The translations under genes and the position numbers were made by a program. 64,000 bases of DNA from Podarcis tiliguerta (lineage: Eukaryota): assembly GCA_965153285.1 (NCBI GenBank), contig OZ229116.1. The stretch is one strand, 5' to 3'. This document shows, in pieces, positions 1 to 12,719 of the stretch. Position 1 is the stretch's first letter. Every line of letters begins with the position of its first letter. The notes beneath the pieces are model-generated. The model did no database searches and had not been told where the DNA came from. It worked only from the letters and a program-made list of their open reading frames with translations.

Positions 1-2456
1 TAGCACACTACACGAAACTGTGGTTCTTCAACATTTTCACTAGTACTAGCATGCATTTTGGCATAGGGCCCCATGCTACTGTAAACTAGAAAAACATGGG
101 CTTTCAACAAAGTGAGTAAATACTATATTAGAAACTGGGCTAAATTATCCCCTTAATATTGCCGAATGAGTATTGTGCTGTATGAAGCAAAGTTATCAAA
201 AGTTTCACGTTTTAATCCGTAACTTTAACTTCTGTTCAGTTTGCCCCCGCCTAGGAGTTTCTGTTTGGGAATGAATTCATATCTCACTGGCCAAGAAAAG
301 AAAGTGAACAGCCTTCCGATTAGGCCTCAGCTAATTGGAGCTCTATAGATCAGCCAGCAGGGGATGACATGATAGCAGCACTACTATTATCCTTCTGCTT
401 GCTTCTCAGTGATTTGTTTTCCTGAGGTAACTTGAATCCTAGACAGTCTCTATCAGCACAGTTAACAGCTTTTATTTTACAAATACTGGAGGAAATGTCA
501 TTTCCAGTTGTAGTTTGTCGTTTTATTTGGTCTTGTTCATCTAAACTAATAACCTGCAAGAGAATAAAACTCCATTCTTCAAGGCAGAATCCCTGATTTT
601 TATATGATACTTCCTGAAACTGGTTTTATAGAAACATAAAAACAATTCACATTGATTATAAGAAAGGACATGCCCTTTAGAATTCTTAAATGGACCCATT
701 TGCAAACAAAATTAAGACACTCATATTTGGCAAAATAATAATCATTTCCATATAATTTATTTCATATTCTGTCATATAAACTTATTGTGTTGGCAAAATG
801 GCTGGGGATATGACTGAAGCAAAAGAAGTGGGAATATAATTGAAGGTCAGTATAAATATACAAATAATCCCCCCCCCCCCCTGAAATTTATGTCACCTCG
901 TTCTCAACTGCAAAACAAATTTCCAGGTAAATTTTGTTCAGTTTGTTGTGCCTGAAAAAACCAGTTTCTCATAACAGGGTTAAATCTTTATTTATTTCTA
1001 TATAATCCGAAATGGCTGGGGTTATTAGAAGGATATATTAATAGAACTGTCTCTCGAGTGCTTATTTATTATTTTGTCTAATTTTTAGTACCATGAAAGT
1101 ATGGTACTAAATAAGATCTTAACCTTTGTTTACATTTGAGCTGGAAAAGGTACCTCTTTTAAGTATTTGATAAAACAAACCAAAGCTGTTGCTTTTATTA
1201 CCAAATAACACACAGTCCAGTTTCCTCACCTCCTAGAGCACTAAAGTAAAATTCAGTGGCATTAGGCTACTTGATCTCTTGCAACCGTAAGTTAAGGAAA
1301 GGTTTTTTCCCTTCTCTCTCTATTTTTTTAATATAAATGTTTGTGTGTGTGTAATATGTATGTATATGTATAAATGTACTGTGTACAGGTTGTATACTTA
1401 CTGACATTGCTTAATATAAGCCTCAAGAATGCAAATACTCCTCAGTGTGTTTCCAATAGCAATGTGATTGTAGTGTTCTGTGGATTAAGTTACCAGCCCT
1501 TTGAATTCTGACCTTCAGTCTAAAACAGCTTTAGAGGTTACTCTTTTTCCGATTTGTGAGACTGAAGAAAAAGAGCTAATGCTGCTGGAACGAAGGAGGA
1601 GGGGTAAAACTTTGAAGCTGCTGGATTCCTCCACCCCTACCATTGTTCTCCAATTATAACTCATTAGATTTCCCCCCCATTATTATTAAAAAATTTAAAG
1701 GAGAAATTTAAGCCACTGTGCAATCATTACACTTTAACTCTGAGATCAAATCCTGCTTGCATTGAATTTGGTTGGAATTTTGACATTGTATTCAATGGCA
1801 AACTAATGGATCTCTGGTAAATACAATTAAAATAATATTACGTATATGATATGAAGTATTGAAGTGAGTGACTACGGTTAATTGGAGTTAACGAATTAAT
1901 AGGTGGGGGGAAGTATACAGCAAGTGATCCATCTAACTATACTTTTAATACATACAGACATCCTTCTTTGTCATTTACAGTTGACACTTCTACATGATGG
2001 TGTTGTTCATTCACCCCAAAACAAACAATAACCAGCCATGAACCATCCAAACTGAAATGATTGGTTGCAATAGCAGCAAATTAAGCATGTGCTTTTCTCC
2101 ACCATGTGCTGCAATACAGACTACATTGAAAGATCAATGACATTGCTGCATTGGATCTGGGTTATGTGGTTGTGCATCTCCCACCCCCACCCCCCAAGCC
2201 CCACAATTTGATTCAGAGCCTGATTCAGCTATTTATACCAGCCCCAACTCGGGCAATCAAGATCCAGCCTGACCTGACACACAGATCCAAACCACAGTGG
2301 AGGAAAAAACAAATCAGCTGAAATGCCATTGACTTGGAATGGGAAACCAAAACAGCCATAACTTTCTTTGTTTTTAACATTGGTGCATGGACTTGGGATA
2401 TACGGTTGCCCCTCAAGAAGGGGTTAATCCTGTCAAATTTCAAAATGGGTAGTTCC

Positions 2457-2458
<2 letters not shown>

Positions 2459-2492
<34 letters not shown>
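2459..2492. repeat. (GT)n microsatellite
   Basis: Seen directly. Confidence 0.97.
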
Positions 2493-2494
<2 letters not shown>

Positions 2495-2574
2495 TCAAAA
2501 ATAAAAATAAAAAATACACTCATGTATGTATTATTGCATTGCATGTGTGCTGCTTGTGCACTGACTGTGTACAA

Positions 2575-2794
2575 CATAGGTAGGCAAACTAAGGCCCGGG
2601 GGCTGGATCAGGCCCAATCCCCTTCTAAATCTGGCCCGTGGACGGTCTGGGAATCAGGGTGTTTTTACATGAGTAGAATGTGTCCTTTCATTTAAAATGC
2701 ATCTCTGGGTTATTTATGGGGCATAGGAATTCGTTCAAACAAGTTCTGAAGGACAGTGGACCGGCCCCCTGCTGAAAAAGTTTGCTGGCTCCTG
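2575..2794 (+). mobile_element. Non-autonomous hAT (Charlie / OposCharlie1-like) MITE
   Basis: Perfect 8-bp TSD GTGTACAA (2567-2574 and 2795-2802); degenerate TIRs CATAGGTAGGCAAACT / AGTTTGCTGGCTCCTG. Confidence 0.85.
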
Positions 2795-2844
2795 GTGTAC
2801 AATGTACTCACAAGACTTACACACACAAAAGTACTAATAAACGG

Positions 2845-2995
2845 GAGGACGGAAACAAGAGAATGGGCCTTTTCTGCAGTGGCTCCCCATTTGTGGAATG
2901 CTTTCCCAAGGAAGGTTTGGCTGGTGCCTTCATTATAGACCTTTTAGGCACCAGGAGAAAATGTCCCTCTTTAACCAGGCCTTTGGCTGATTGAC
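2845..2995 (+). mobile_element. L2 LINE 3' fragment
   Basis: Peptide RTETREWAFSAVAPHLWNAFP is typical of the L2 ORF2 C-terminus. Confidence 0.7.
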
Positions 2996-5025
2996 ACCTA
3001 AGAGACAGAACTTATTGAAAGAGAGATGCTGCATTCTGACACCACCATCCCTCTGTCCAAGCACTGTGACTGGAGAGTATTTGGCGAGATTCTAGCCCTG
3101 GATTGGAAGCTAGAGCTGTCCAGCTCTCCTTCCTCTCCCCACCCAGCATTCTTCTTATATGGCGTGCTTAATAATTACAGCAGTGGAGACTGTCTAGCTT
3201 TAGAGATACTAATATTTAGTTTCAGACTAGCACGAATTGTTACAAATTTATTCGGGCACATGCAACCCACTCTGTGGTGTTTTGTAGCTGTGTCAATCTG
3301 ATCCAAATTTGGCACAAATCTGTACAAATTGGCTGGTTCAGTTTGTATTTGGACAAATTGGTTGCACAGCCTTGAATTGCCTCCAGGGAAGAGTATTGTA
3401 AGCAACACTCTTTGAAATAATAATTAATGAAATGTATGTCATGGGCGACAATGTACTTTTCTGAAATAGCTGCCTAACCCTTTCCTTGGTGAAAAAAGAA
3501 AATACTTTAGGCCACCAAGTTTAGTCCAAGTTAGGCACTTAAAAATACAATTGACTTTGATGACAGTTAAGCATGTGCTTAACACTCTCTGAAATTAATG
3601 ACTGAATTCCAGAAAACTCTGTATTACAGTATAATTTTGTGCATGTTTACTCAGAAGCCTCATTAAGTTAAATGGGACTTACTTCCAGGTAAATGTATAT
3701 AGGACTGCAGCCTTAAAAGTACTTAGCCTTGGCTGCACTACACACATTGCTAATTTTTATTCAATTTTACAAAGAAAAATAATCTGTTTTATTGTTGATT
3801 TCAAAGTAATTTTTAAAAGGCTAGCTAACATTTCATAGCCACATGCATGCAAAACTTCTGTTTTTATAGTTTTGGTGAAGGCCAAGGAGCCAATAAAGTA
3901 TTGGAATAGATCTGATTATTCTAGGAAGTATAATTCAATCTGTTGTTTTTCACACAATTAAATGTATTTGGAAGCATATACCCATAATAATTATGATCTA
4001 GTCACAAAGCGTGCTTATTATCTGTGTTGAGTGCTTTATTAAAATGAATAACCAAATTACCGTCAACTCATGTAGCAAATGATTATTATATTATGTTTCC
4101 CCCCTCTCATATTGAGAATGCATTAAAATGTTAATATAAATCATTATCAACAGTGTTTTGTATGGAGCCTATAATGTTCCCGATCTGTTTTCATCTTGGT
4201 CTTACAGTCATTTAAGTAGTATACAATGCTTGGTTCAGGAGCTTTAGACCCTAGTGGAACTATGCAAACGAATAAAGTTACTTAACTGAATCTGTGTGTT
4301 CTGAACTGGATTTTATTGTTCATTATTAAGTGACTTCTACGGTGACACAAACATTGTGTTTGAGAGAACTAGTGCTTTTAAAGCTAATAAAAGATGTTTT
4401 ACTTGATGGAATTACAATGGCGTGACACAGACAATACCTACAGACTCCAAGAGCATTGTTTTGATATCGGGTCACATTATAGTGAACATACAAAGACATA
4501 GCCATGCCTTCTCAACCTCAAAACTCTACTGCAGACAGTGGCTTGCACATTTTATCACTAAATCCCAGTGAGCCTTTTCCAATAACTAGAGTTCCTTGTC
4601 CCCCTTTTCCTCAAGTGTAAGTAAAGAGCTGCCTGTTGCTAGAGATCTTGCTATTATTACAAGCATAGAGCCAGGTAGACGGATCGAAAAAGAAGGAAAC
4701 AATAGATCTACTACATGGAGTGTTGGTGTATTTTAAGATTCCCAGAGAAAGACCCAAGGAAAGCCACAAACTGCTGTCTAAACTACATGAAAGGCCATCT
4801 TTCCCCACATGAACTTTCCTATTATAATTGTCCTTGGAGGCCCTTCTTCAGGTCTCACTGTCATTAGAGGAAATACAGGTGGTGAAACTTGTCTTTTTAA
4901 TGCCCAGGTTATAGAATTGTTTCCCAAGAAGATTCATCTGACGCAAAGCCTCATTTTTAGAGGTTTTAGTGGATGCAACCCACTCTGAAAGTCTTTTGAC
5001 CCAAAAGTAGGTTGTCAAGAAAAGC

Positions 5026-5140
5026 CAGGGCTGGGCATCTGTGGCTCTCTAGGTGTTGCTGGATTAAAGCTGCCACCATCCTTGACCATTTGCCATGCTG
5101 GCTGAAGCTGATAGGAGTTACAGTCCACAGGTTCCCTAAC
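5026..5140. mobile_element. Short hairpin non-autonomous DNA transposon (hAT-like; relatives at ~29296-29420, 30850-30960, 55690-55790)
   Basis: Recurrent motif GTTGCTGGA.TA.A.CT.CCA.CA...GATG.GAGTT..AGTCCA. Confidence 0.6.
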
Positions 5141-8100
5141 CATGACTTCTAACACCAAAAACCAATGGTTTTTTGGGTGAAGCACACAGTCTCCTGTATT
5201 ACATTGATTAGGATAGGGTGAGAAGTTGCAAATGAAGATGAGAACCACTTTCTTGACCAATCAAGGTGCATCCAAAATCTGATGCAGAGCTATTGCTTTT
5301 GCTTCCTTTTGTTAACTGCATTGGCATATGTGCAATTATGGTTCCATACACATGATCTGCCTTGGTGGATCAAGATAAGTAATTTAGGAACAGAGAGTAA
5401 AGATTCAAACATCAAAACTATGAGTTCATAGAATCATAGTTGTAGCCAACATTATTCATATTCAGAATGAGATTACGCATGTCTATTAATTTCAGTGCGT
5501 CTACTCTGAGTATGATTCACACACACACACATTCTGACATGTATTTCTGACTAGGAGAGTCAAGATCCATTATGCATAGTGGAGTTTCAAAAGCAGTTTT
5601 TTTGATACAGCTTTGAGGGCTTCTGTTCAAAGATAAAAAAATTAGAATATTACACTGGGAATGTGCAATCTTTTGAGGGTGTTTAAATCAGCTCCTTAAG
5701 ATGAGTGGGAGGGAAGTAATTTGTAACATTTGCATACTGCAAGATTTGCATTCCAGTACATAGTTACCAGATTCTGTTAAACAAGGACTATTTATGGAGT
5801 AAATTGCTCTTTAAGGATTTAAGAGATGGCAGGATATAATTTGAAGATGCCTTAAGCAAATGTATTGCCTTTGTTTCACCTTTTGCAAGTGATGCAAAAT
5901 GCTGCTAAATATCAAACTCTTCAGCTTTCAAAATTCATTTGCTGAGATTTGAAGGAGAGGACCAACTTCTGTGTCTGTTGGGAAGGACATCCTACAGGAC
6001 CTTCTTGGTTGTGGGGCCTGCTCTATGCTTTCTTTTCCTAGAGGAGCCTGCTAGAGTTCTTCCCTGTAGATTTTTAAGAGTCAGGTGAAAACTTCTAGTT
6101 CAAACCAGCAGTTGGCATGTGATTTGAATTAAAAAAAAAACTTTTTCTCTGCTATATTTATTGATTAATGTTATTTTACTATGTCTTATGAGTTATTGTG
6201 AACTGCTTGGAAATTTCTGAATTTGAGGGTGGTTTAAAAAAAATTAACACCATTTGACTTTTTTATTGCTTTATTGTATTTTGTATTTTTTTTAACAAAA
6301 CAAAACCCCAGCTATGTCTCCTCAGAAGGAGTCTTCTCCAGTAACATGTCTGAAAATTTATTAGACAAATAAATAATATGTAGCATGTCAGTGGGATTTT
6401 AGAATGCTTTTTTCAGACTTCTCAAGCTTAAAAAGGCATATAAAGAAATAATTCCCATTGATTTTAGTAGAAGAGCATGTCCTTGCTTGGGATCACAGGC
6501 TATAAAGTTTCAGGATCATTGTCCAACACCTTGATCTTAAATGCATGTGTTGGATTAAGTCCTACTGATATTAATATAATTTAGTGCCAGATAAGTTGCA
6601 TGCAAGAACTGTGAATTGGAGAGGGTTGATTGGACCTTGGTGACATTAAGAGCAGAAACAATGTATGAAAATTAACACATTTCCCTATGCAGAACCCAGG
6701 AATCTGCTCATATAAAGTCAAGAAGGGCGCTTCAGATAATATAAATAAGGCTCATAGTGAAATCAAACAGAGCTTATTTTACCCTTGCTGAAAATAGCAA
6801 ATCTGTGGTTTGTAAATTACATTTAAAAAGGAATGCTTATGCTGAAACAGGTATTTTTTTTCAGATTCTACTGGCATTTTGTCAAATAATTATATACAAA
6901 TAGTCAGATCAGGAGTTTAACACAGACCTACAAAGCTATGATCCTTTATATCTCCACTCACTGTATGAAGTATGAATGAATGCTTTACTAAAGGATTATT
7001 AAAATGTTCACCAATGAATCTCTTGCAAATCCAAGGTAGATTAGTCTTTCCAGACTTGAATATATCTATCTTGTACATAAAATTAGCTACTTGTCTGTCA
7101 ACCACTGTAAATACATATTTGAGTATAAATGATTTTGACATTGGATACATTCAGACTGAATTCATCGTGTAACCTTCAAATGATTTCAGTACAAATTTTT
7201 AACCATGGAAAGCAATTGCTTTAGTATCTATTGTAAAACTTCTGAAAGAGCAATTTGATACATGACTTCTCGGAAGTAAGCCCCACTGAGTTCAGTAAAA
7301 CTTACTCCCATGTAAGTGTATGTAGGCTTGCAGCCTTAATGTAGTTAATAAAACTGTATTGGGGGGGGGGAGACTGGGTTAGTATTGTATTTGTATAGTA
7401 GAAATATATCAGGCTTGGTACATTACCTCACTTTTTTATTCTTTGCATATTTGCAAAATTATTTCCAGCAGTTGTGTGTTTCTGGGGAAGAAAGCAAGGT
7501 TTAATAGTTATCTACATACAATGTGTACCAACTTTTCTAATGTTTTCATTTTAACAGTGTGCTGGAGAAACAAATTTATGCTGATAAACATCAATAACAT
7601 ATTCTTTTAACAGATTGCTTAGAATGAAAATAAAACCCAAAGCAATGGCTATTCCTTGTGTCATAGTAAATATAAGGATTTCGTTTTAGTAAAATCTTGC
7701 CTAAGAAAATTAAAATATTGCAAATAAATTTATTTCTAGTGCAGTTTAATGAACCATTATAAAGAACACTTTGAGTATGACGTTTAAGCGATATAAAGAA
7801 GGCAAGCATCTCTGTTTATACTGGCTCCATGAACAGATCCAATAGAAATATGTGGATTTTGACCTTAACCTTCCATATATGGTAGGTGTCTATCCCATGA
7901 TATTTTTTTTTGCCAGCGCTAAGCAAATAGAGACCCTTGGTGTATCAGCTTAAGACTGTTAGGCACAACTTTTTTGCTTGGTGGAAAGTTTTATTGATAG
8001 ATTTTCTTCAGAATGTATACCAGTTGGACATTGCAGCCAGAAGGTATTTTCTATTTATGAGAGTTGTTTTCAATCACAAAGTTTGTTAATGGAAGGTAAG

Positions 8101-9379
8101 GCTATACTCAATATATGATAACAGAGTCTGAGACAAAATTATGAATGTGAGTCGGAAACCAGTTTTAGTTAGGGCATTTGAACTTGTATAAGTAAGCTAT
8201 GTGTACAATTCACAGTGTTTATCTCCTTGTGAGAAAATTATTTGTATTGTGGAAGAGGCTGTGCTTATTTATAAACGTATATCTTATGGTGAGATTGGTT
8301 TAAATAGCTCAGAATAACTCTGTTATTGTGGGGGGGGGGCACTGCTTCTCTGGTGATGTGTAGTTCGATTTTTCGAAGAACGGTAATTGTATTAAAATAT
8401 CATTCTTTTAAAAAGACATCAGTTACCAAAAATATTCCCACTAGATTCTTTCCTAGCTTGAGTTTTTATGTACACAAAGGACAGATAAAAACACAATTAA
8501 TGTAAAAAGACACTGTGCACCACCAAGTATGAATAAGGATGAGGTGCAATTGCTCTAAAAATGAAATCCAAGTCGAAGTGTGTTTAAATGATTCATTTTG
8601 CCCACCATCATTTGTATCTGCACATTATGAACTGTTGAAAGGTTTGTGGTTATCGTGTCAGATTGCTTGATGTTGGCACAGGGCAGGGTTTAGTGTAGGT
8701 TAAATATTTCTGAACTGACTTTTTATGTGGATATTTTTGCCCCTTTCCTTACGCAGCAGAGGACGAATCTGCTACGCGCGCCCAAGTCAAGTTCAGACGT
8801 GAATGTTGCGTGATATTATTATTATTATTGTAAAGAGTGGACTCGATCGTCCCCTTCCTTATGGAGCTTCTCCCGGCTGGATCCCGCGTTTTGTCGTCCG
8901 CTTCGGGACGGTAAGAAACCTCACTTAAAAGAAACTGCCCCGTTCAGAGGGGCTTAAATCCGCCCCCGCCCCCCCAGTATCCCCCAAGGCTCTCGGCTGA
9001 GGAAAGCTAATTATGCTCTCTCTAGCTCGGAAGGTGGAGAACTGGCTTTCCCGTGCCTCTTCTCCGAAGCTATAAATGGTTTGGTGGTGATGGTGCCTCA
9101 GAAGCAGCAGCAAAGAGAGAGAGAGGGAGAGAGAGAGAGGGAGAGAAATCCCGCGCGCTTCTTGACAGGGCGCGCTCGGGCCGCATTCTTCCCCCACAGC
9201 TGTTTATTCACATACCGCGGGATCCTTCATTTGCATACCCAAACTGCTCGCCAGCAAAGGTTTGCCTCTGAGGCAAGCCAGCCCAGGGCTCTCTCGGTTC
9301 GATTGTGTTAGCATTTATTTATTTTTTAAGGACAAGAGAATAGCTGTGGTTTGCATTACAAATAAACAAAAGGGGGAGA

Positions 9380-9381
<2 letters not shown>

Positions 9382-9427
<46 letters not shown>
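9382..9427. repeat. (GA)n microsatellite in the promoter (a second, imperfect tract lies at 9114-9146)
   Basis: Seen directly. Confidence 0.97.
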
Positions 9428-9429
<2 letters not shown>

Positions 9430-9479
9430 CCTCGAGGCAGACCTACAAGACTGGGCAAAAAAATAAAATATAAAACCAC

Positions 9480-10229
9480 CTATATGGAGAGGGGGAAGAG
9501 ATGAAGATTGGGCTGCCGCTCCTTTGTCTGCTCAGCTTCCCCACAGATAATATCTCCGGCCGCCTTCGCTGAGGAGCCGAGCGGGAGAGGGAGAGCGCGC
9601 GCGCCGCGGCTTCTTCCCGAAGCGGCGTTTGAGCGGGAATTTCGGAGCGGCGGCGGCGTCCTCCTCAGAGCTGGGTGCTGCCGCTGCCGGAGACGGGCCC
9701 CTCGGTGCCACTTCCGACTTTAAGCCTTCCTGGGAAAGCCCTCGGTGGCTGTTTTCAATTTCTTCGCCGAAGACACAGCGCCCTCCCTCAGCTCCGCTCC
9801 CNNNNNNNNNNNNNNNNNNNNNNNNNNNNNNNNNNNNNNNNNNNNNNNNNNNNNNNNNNNNNNNNNNNNNNNNNNNNNNNNNNNNNNNNNNNNNNNNNNN
9901 NNNNNNNNNNNNNNNNNNNNNNNNNNNNNNNNNNNNNTCAGTCTCTCGCTCGCTCCTCAGCCACCCTCTGCTCTCAACTCGGATTTTTCCCCTCCAGACT
10001 GAGCTGCGCTTCTGCTCGAGGGGGGACTTAAAAAAATAAAATAAAAAGTAAAAACTTTTTTTTTTTTAAGCCCAAACCAGGCTAGAGAGAGAGAGAGCTT
10101 TTCACCCAGGAATTTAAAAAAAAAACAACCAAAACAAAACTATGTGAGCAACGGTTGGTTGGGCTTTAAGTTAAGCGCCAGCGTGAAGGCAGCCCATAAT
10201 ACTTGGTGGATGCAGCAAAGCCGTTCACT
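9480..10229 (+). other. EYA1: Probable EYA1 first exon (5' boundary uncertain), donor ACT|GTAAGT at 10229/10230
   Basis: Consensus GTAAGT donor at the 3' edge of the CpG island; the start coordinate is a guess. Confidence 0.55.
9802..9937. other. Assembly gap (N run) inside the CpG island
   Basis: 136 N, flanked by C/T-rich sequence. Confidence 0.99.
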
Positions 10230-12387
10230 GTAAGTACGAACCCGGCTGTTTCAAAAACTGCATGGATTTGACAACAGCTGCCCCATCTTGCAAAACAGGG
10301 AGAGAGGACACTTTTTTGTTTTTGTTTTTGCTTTCAGACGAAAAGCACCTTCGTCCGTGGCCTGTTTGCAAAACAAGTTTGTACTTTTCCAAGAATCTCA
10401 GTAATCTTCCACGACTGGATCTCCTGCACGTTTCTTTCTTTTTCTTTCTTTCTCTCTTTCTTTCTCTTTCTCTCTCTCTATCTCCTCCCCCCCCAACTCC
10501 CAACTCCAATTAATATCTAATATACGTCACTTTTTGCAGTTAATTGTGTTTCCCGGCTGGCTCCCCCCAAATCAAATGCTACATGGCTCTCAGCTCTTTA
10601 TTTGTGTTCAACTTGCATTTTGTGCCTTGTGTTTGGGTTTTCTAAAGTGTTCGAGGGTCACTGAAAATAAAGAACACAATGCTGAGTGACTATATATATT
10701 CATATATATATATGAATTTTTATAGACGTGGCTGAAAGGCACAAGAATTCAGAAGAACAGAGAAAGGGGGACATATGGCAGAGACTGACAGCTCTTGCCG
10801 AAGCAGGAAATCCTGCTTAATATGTTTAAATGCTGGCAAAGCTCTGCTGAACCTTAAAGGAGGGCTTTATCAAAATGGCAAAATAAACAGCTCCCTGACA
10901 ATATTATATATGACGTTAGGTACTGCTGGAAACTCAACACTTCGAATTAGGAAACGACCTCTTTAAAGCCCAGGCATACTTTACATCATGCTTATGAATC
11001 TCCTTACTCACAAATTTATAAAAATGTTTTTCTTGAAGCTGTTTTATGAACGTCAAAATATTCTTTAAAAAAATCCAAAAAACAACAACCAGCCATCAAA
11101 TTATATAAAATTACCCTCGAGCCCAAATTTTAGGTGCACTTTAATGGGGAGGGGGAGTGCAGAAGTCACTTTTAAAGCCAATAATAAATGTAAGTTTATC
11201 TTTTAATGAAAGGAAAGTCCAGATGGTCAGCTTTAGGGATAATTTTTTTTAGATCATCAGAATGGTGTGAGTGTGTGTGACTTGTTTTGTTTTTTGTCTC
11301 TCTTCCCCCTCCCCTTCATGCATACTTTCTGGAATCTGCATTTTAAGGTTTCTTGGAGGTTTCTTTCTACTAGCCTCAAGAGAATTATGGATTTCATAAA
11401 TGCATGACGCTGCGTGTGTATAAAATACATATTAATGGAATTTTGGCATTACCTGAGGTTCAGCTTTGTTGCTTAATGACCTATCTTTAGCTTTAGGAAG
11501 CTGAAAACCCAGCACAGTGACAGATTTTTTTTAAAAAAAACAAGCCATTGTTTCAGTTGTGGTGGTCGCAGCAGGGGTTAACACAGATCCAAATGAGAGG
11601 GAACAAATGAGTGGGGTTTTGTTGAATGTTTAATAGTAACTAAAAAGTTGTTACACAAAGTGCAACATACAATGCAATGCTGGGCATGTTTACTTGGAAG
11701 TAAGTACCATTGTGTACAAACTAAGAGACTTTAAGACTGCAACTTCAAAGTTACATTTTTGTTGTTTCAGAAGCATTGTCACAGTGACATATGTCTTCTG
11801 TTTTTAAATTTCAGTGATATGTCAAAATTTCAGATGTATTTAGGGAGATTATCATTATAATATTCTGTTTGGGGGATTGATGCACTAATTTAATCTAGTT
11901 TTAATAATACGGTTACATTTTTAAAGCACATGGTTTTAAAAAGTGCATTTAAATACTTTAGCATTTGGAGGTAGCCCATATTGAAGATTGGCAGGGTTTT
12001 GTAAAATACTGAAGTTAAGAATTGTGGTTTTCTTCATTTTTTTTATTTCCATTTTTGTCAATGTTTTATGTAGAAGGTGTTAACTTTGCGGGGGAAAATG
12101 CAGTTTCAGATATAAAAAAATATGATTAGAAAGTTCCCATTGTCTTTACGATTTCTGGTTTAGATCACAACTGTGGTTGAAAGTAAGTTACTAACTCACA
12201 TGTGAGCTATATTTGTTTGAATAAGCATAGCATTTTTTACTTTGATTTTTTTCTTTCAGCTGGAAGAAATGTTCTAAATTATAGTCATTTATAAGAATTG
12301 CTTCTAGCAAGTGAAAAAAAGTCTGGAAAACCAATAATTTAGACAAGTACCTACATTTTATTTGTTCTATGGTGCTGAGATTTAGAA

Positions 12388-12719
12388 NNNNNNNNNNNNN
12401 NNNNNNNNNNNNNNNNNNNNNNNNNNNNNNNNNNNNNNNNNNNNNNNNNNNNNNNNNNNNNNNNNNNNNNNNNNNNNNNNNNNNNNNNNNNNNNNNNNNN
12501 NNNNNNNNNNNNNNNNNNNNNNNNNNNNNNNNNNNNNNNNNNNNNNNNNNNNNNNNNNNNNNNNNNNNNNNNNNNNNNNNNNNNNNNNNNNNNNNNNNNN
12601 NNNNNNNNNNNNNNNNNNNNNNNNNNNNNNNNNNNNNNNNNNNNNNNNNNNNNNNNNNNNNNNNNNNNNNNNNNNNNNNNNNNNNNNNNNNNNNNNNNNN
12701 NNNNNNNNNNNNNNNNNNN
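12388..12719. other. Assembly gap (N run)
   Basis: 332 N. Confidence 0.99.

Larger units (their letters stand above)
8750..10250 (+). promoter_or_regulatory. EYA1: CpG island / EYA1 promoter and first exon region
   Basis: Sharp rise in GC and CpG against an AT-rich background; GC boxes ~8960-8975, TATAAA at 9071 and ~9469, CAGCTGTTTAT (E-box/Fox) 9197-9207, octamer ATTTGCAT 9229-9236; lies upstream of exon 2. Confidence 0.8.

Noticed and set aside
9053-10513. Cluster of ORFs in the CpG island
   Set aside because: Products of GC-rich, stop-poor sequence, (GA)n tracts (ERERER) and N runs; no protein similarity.
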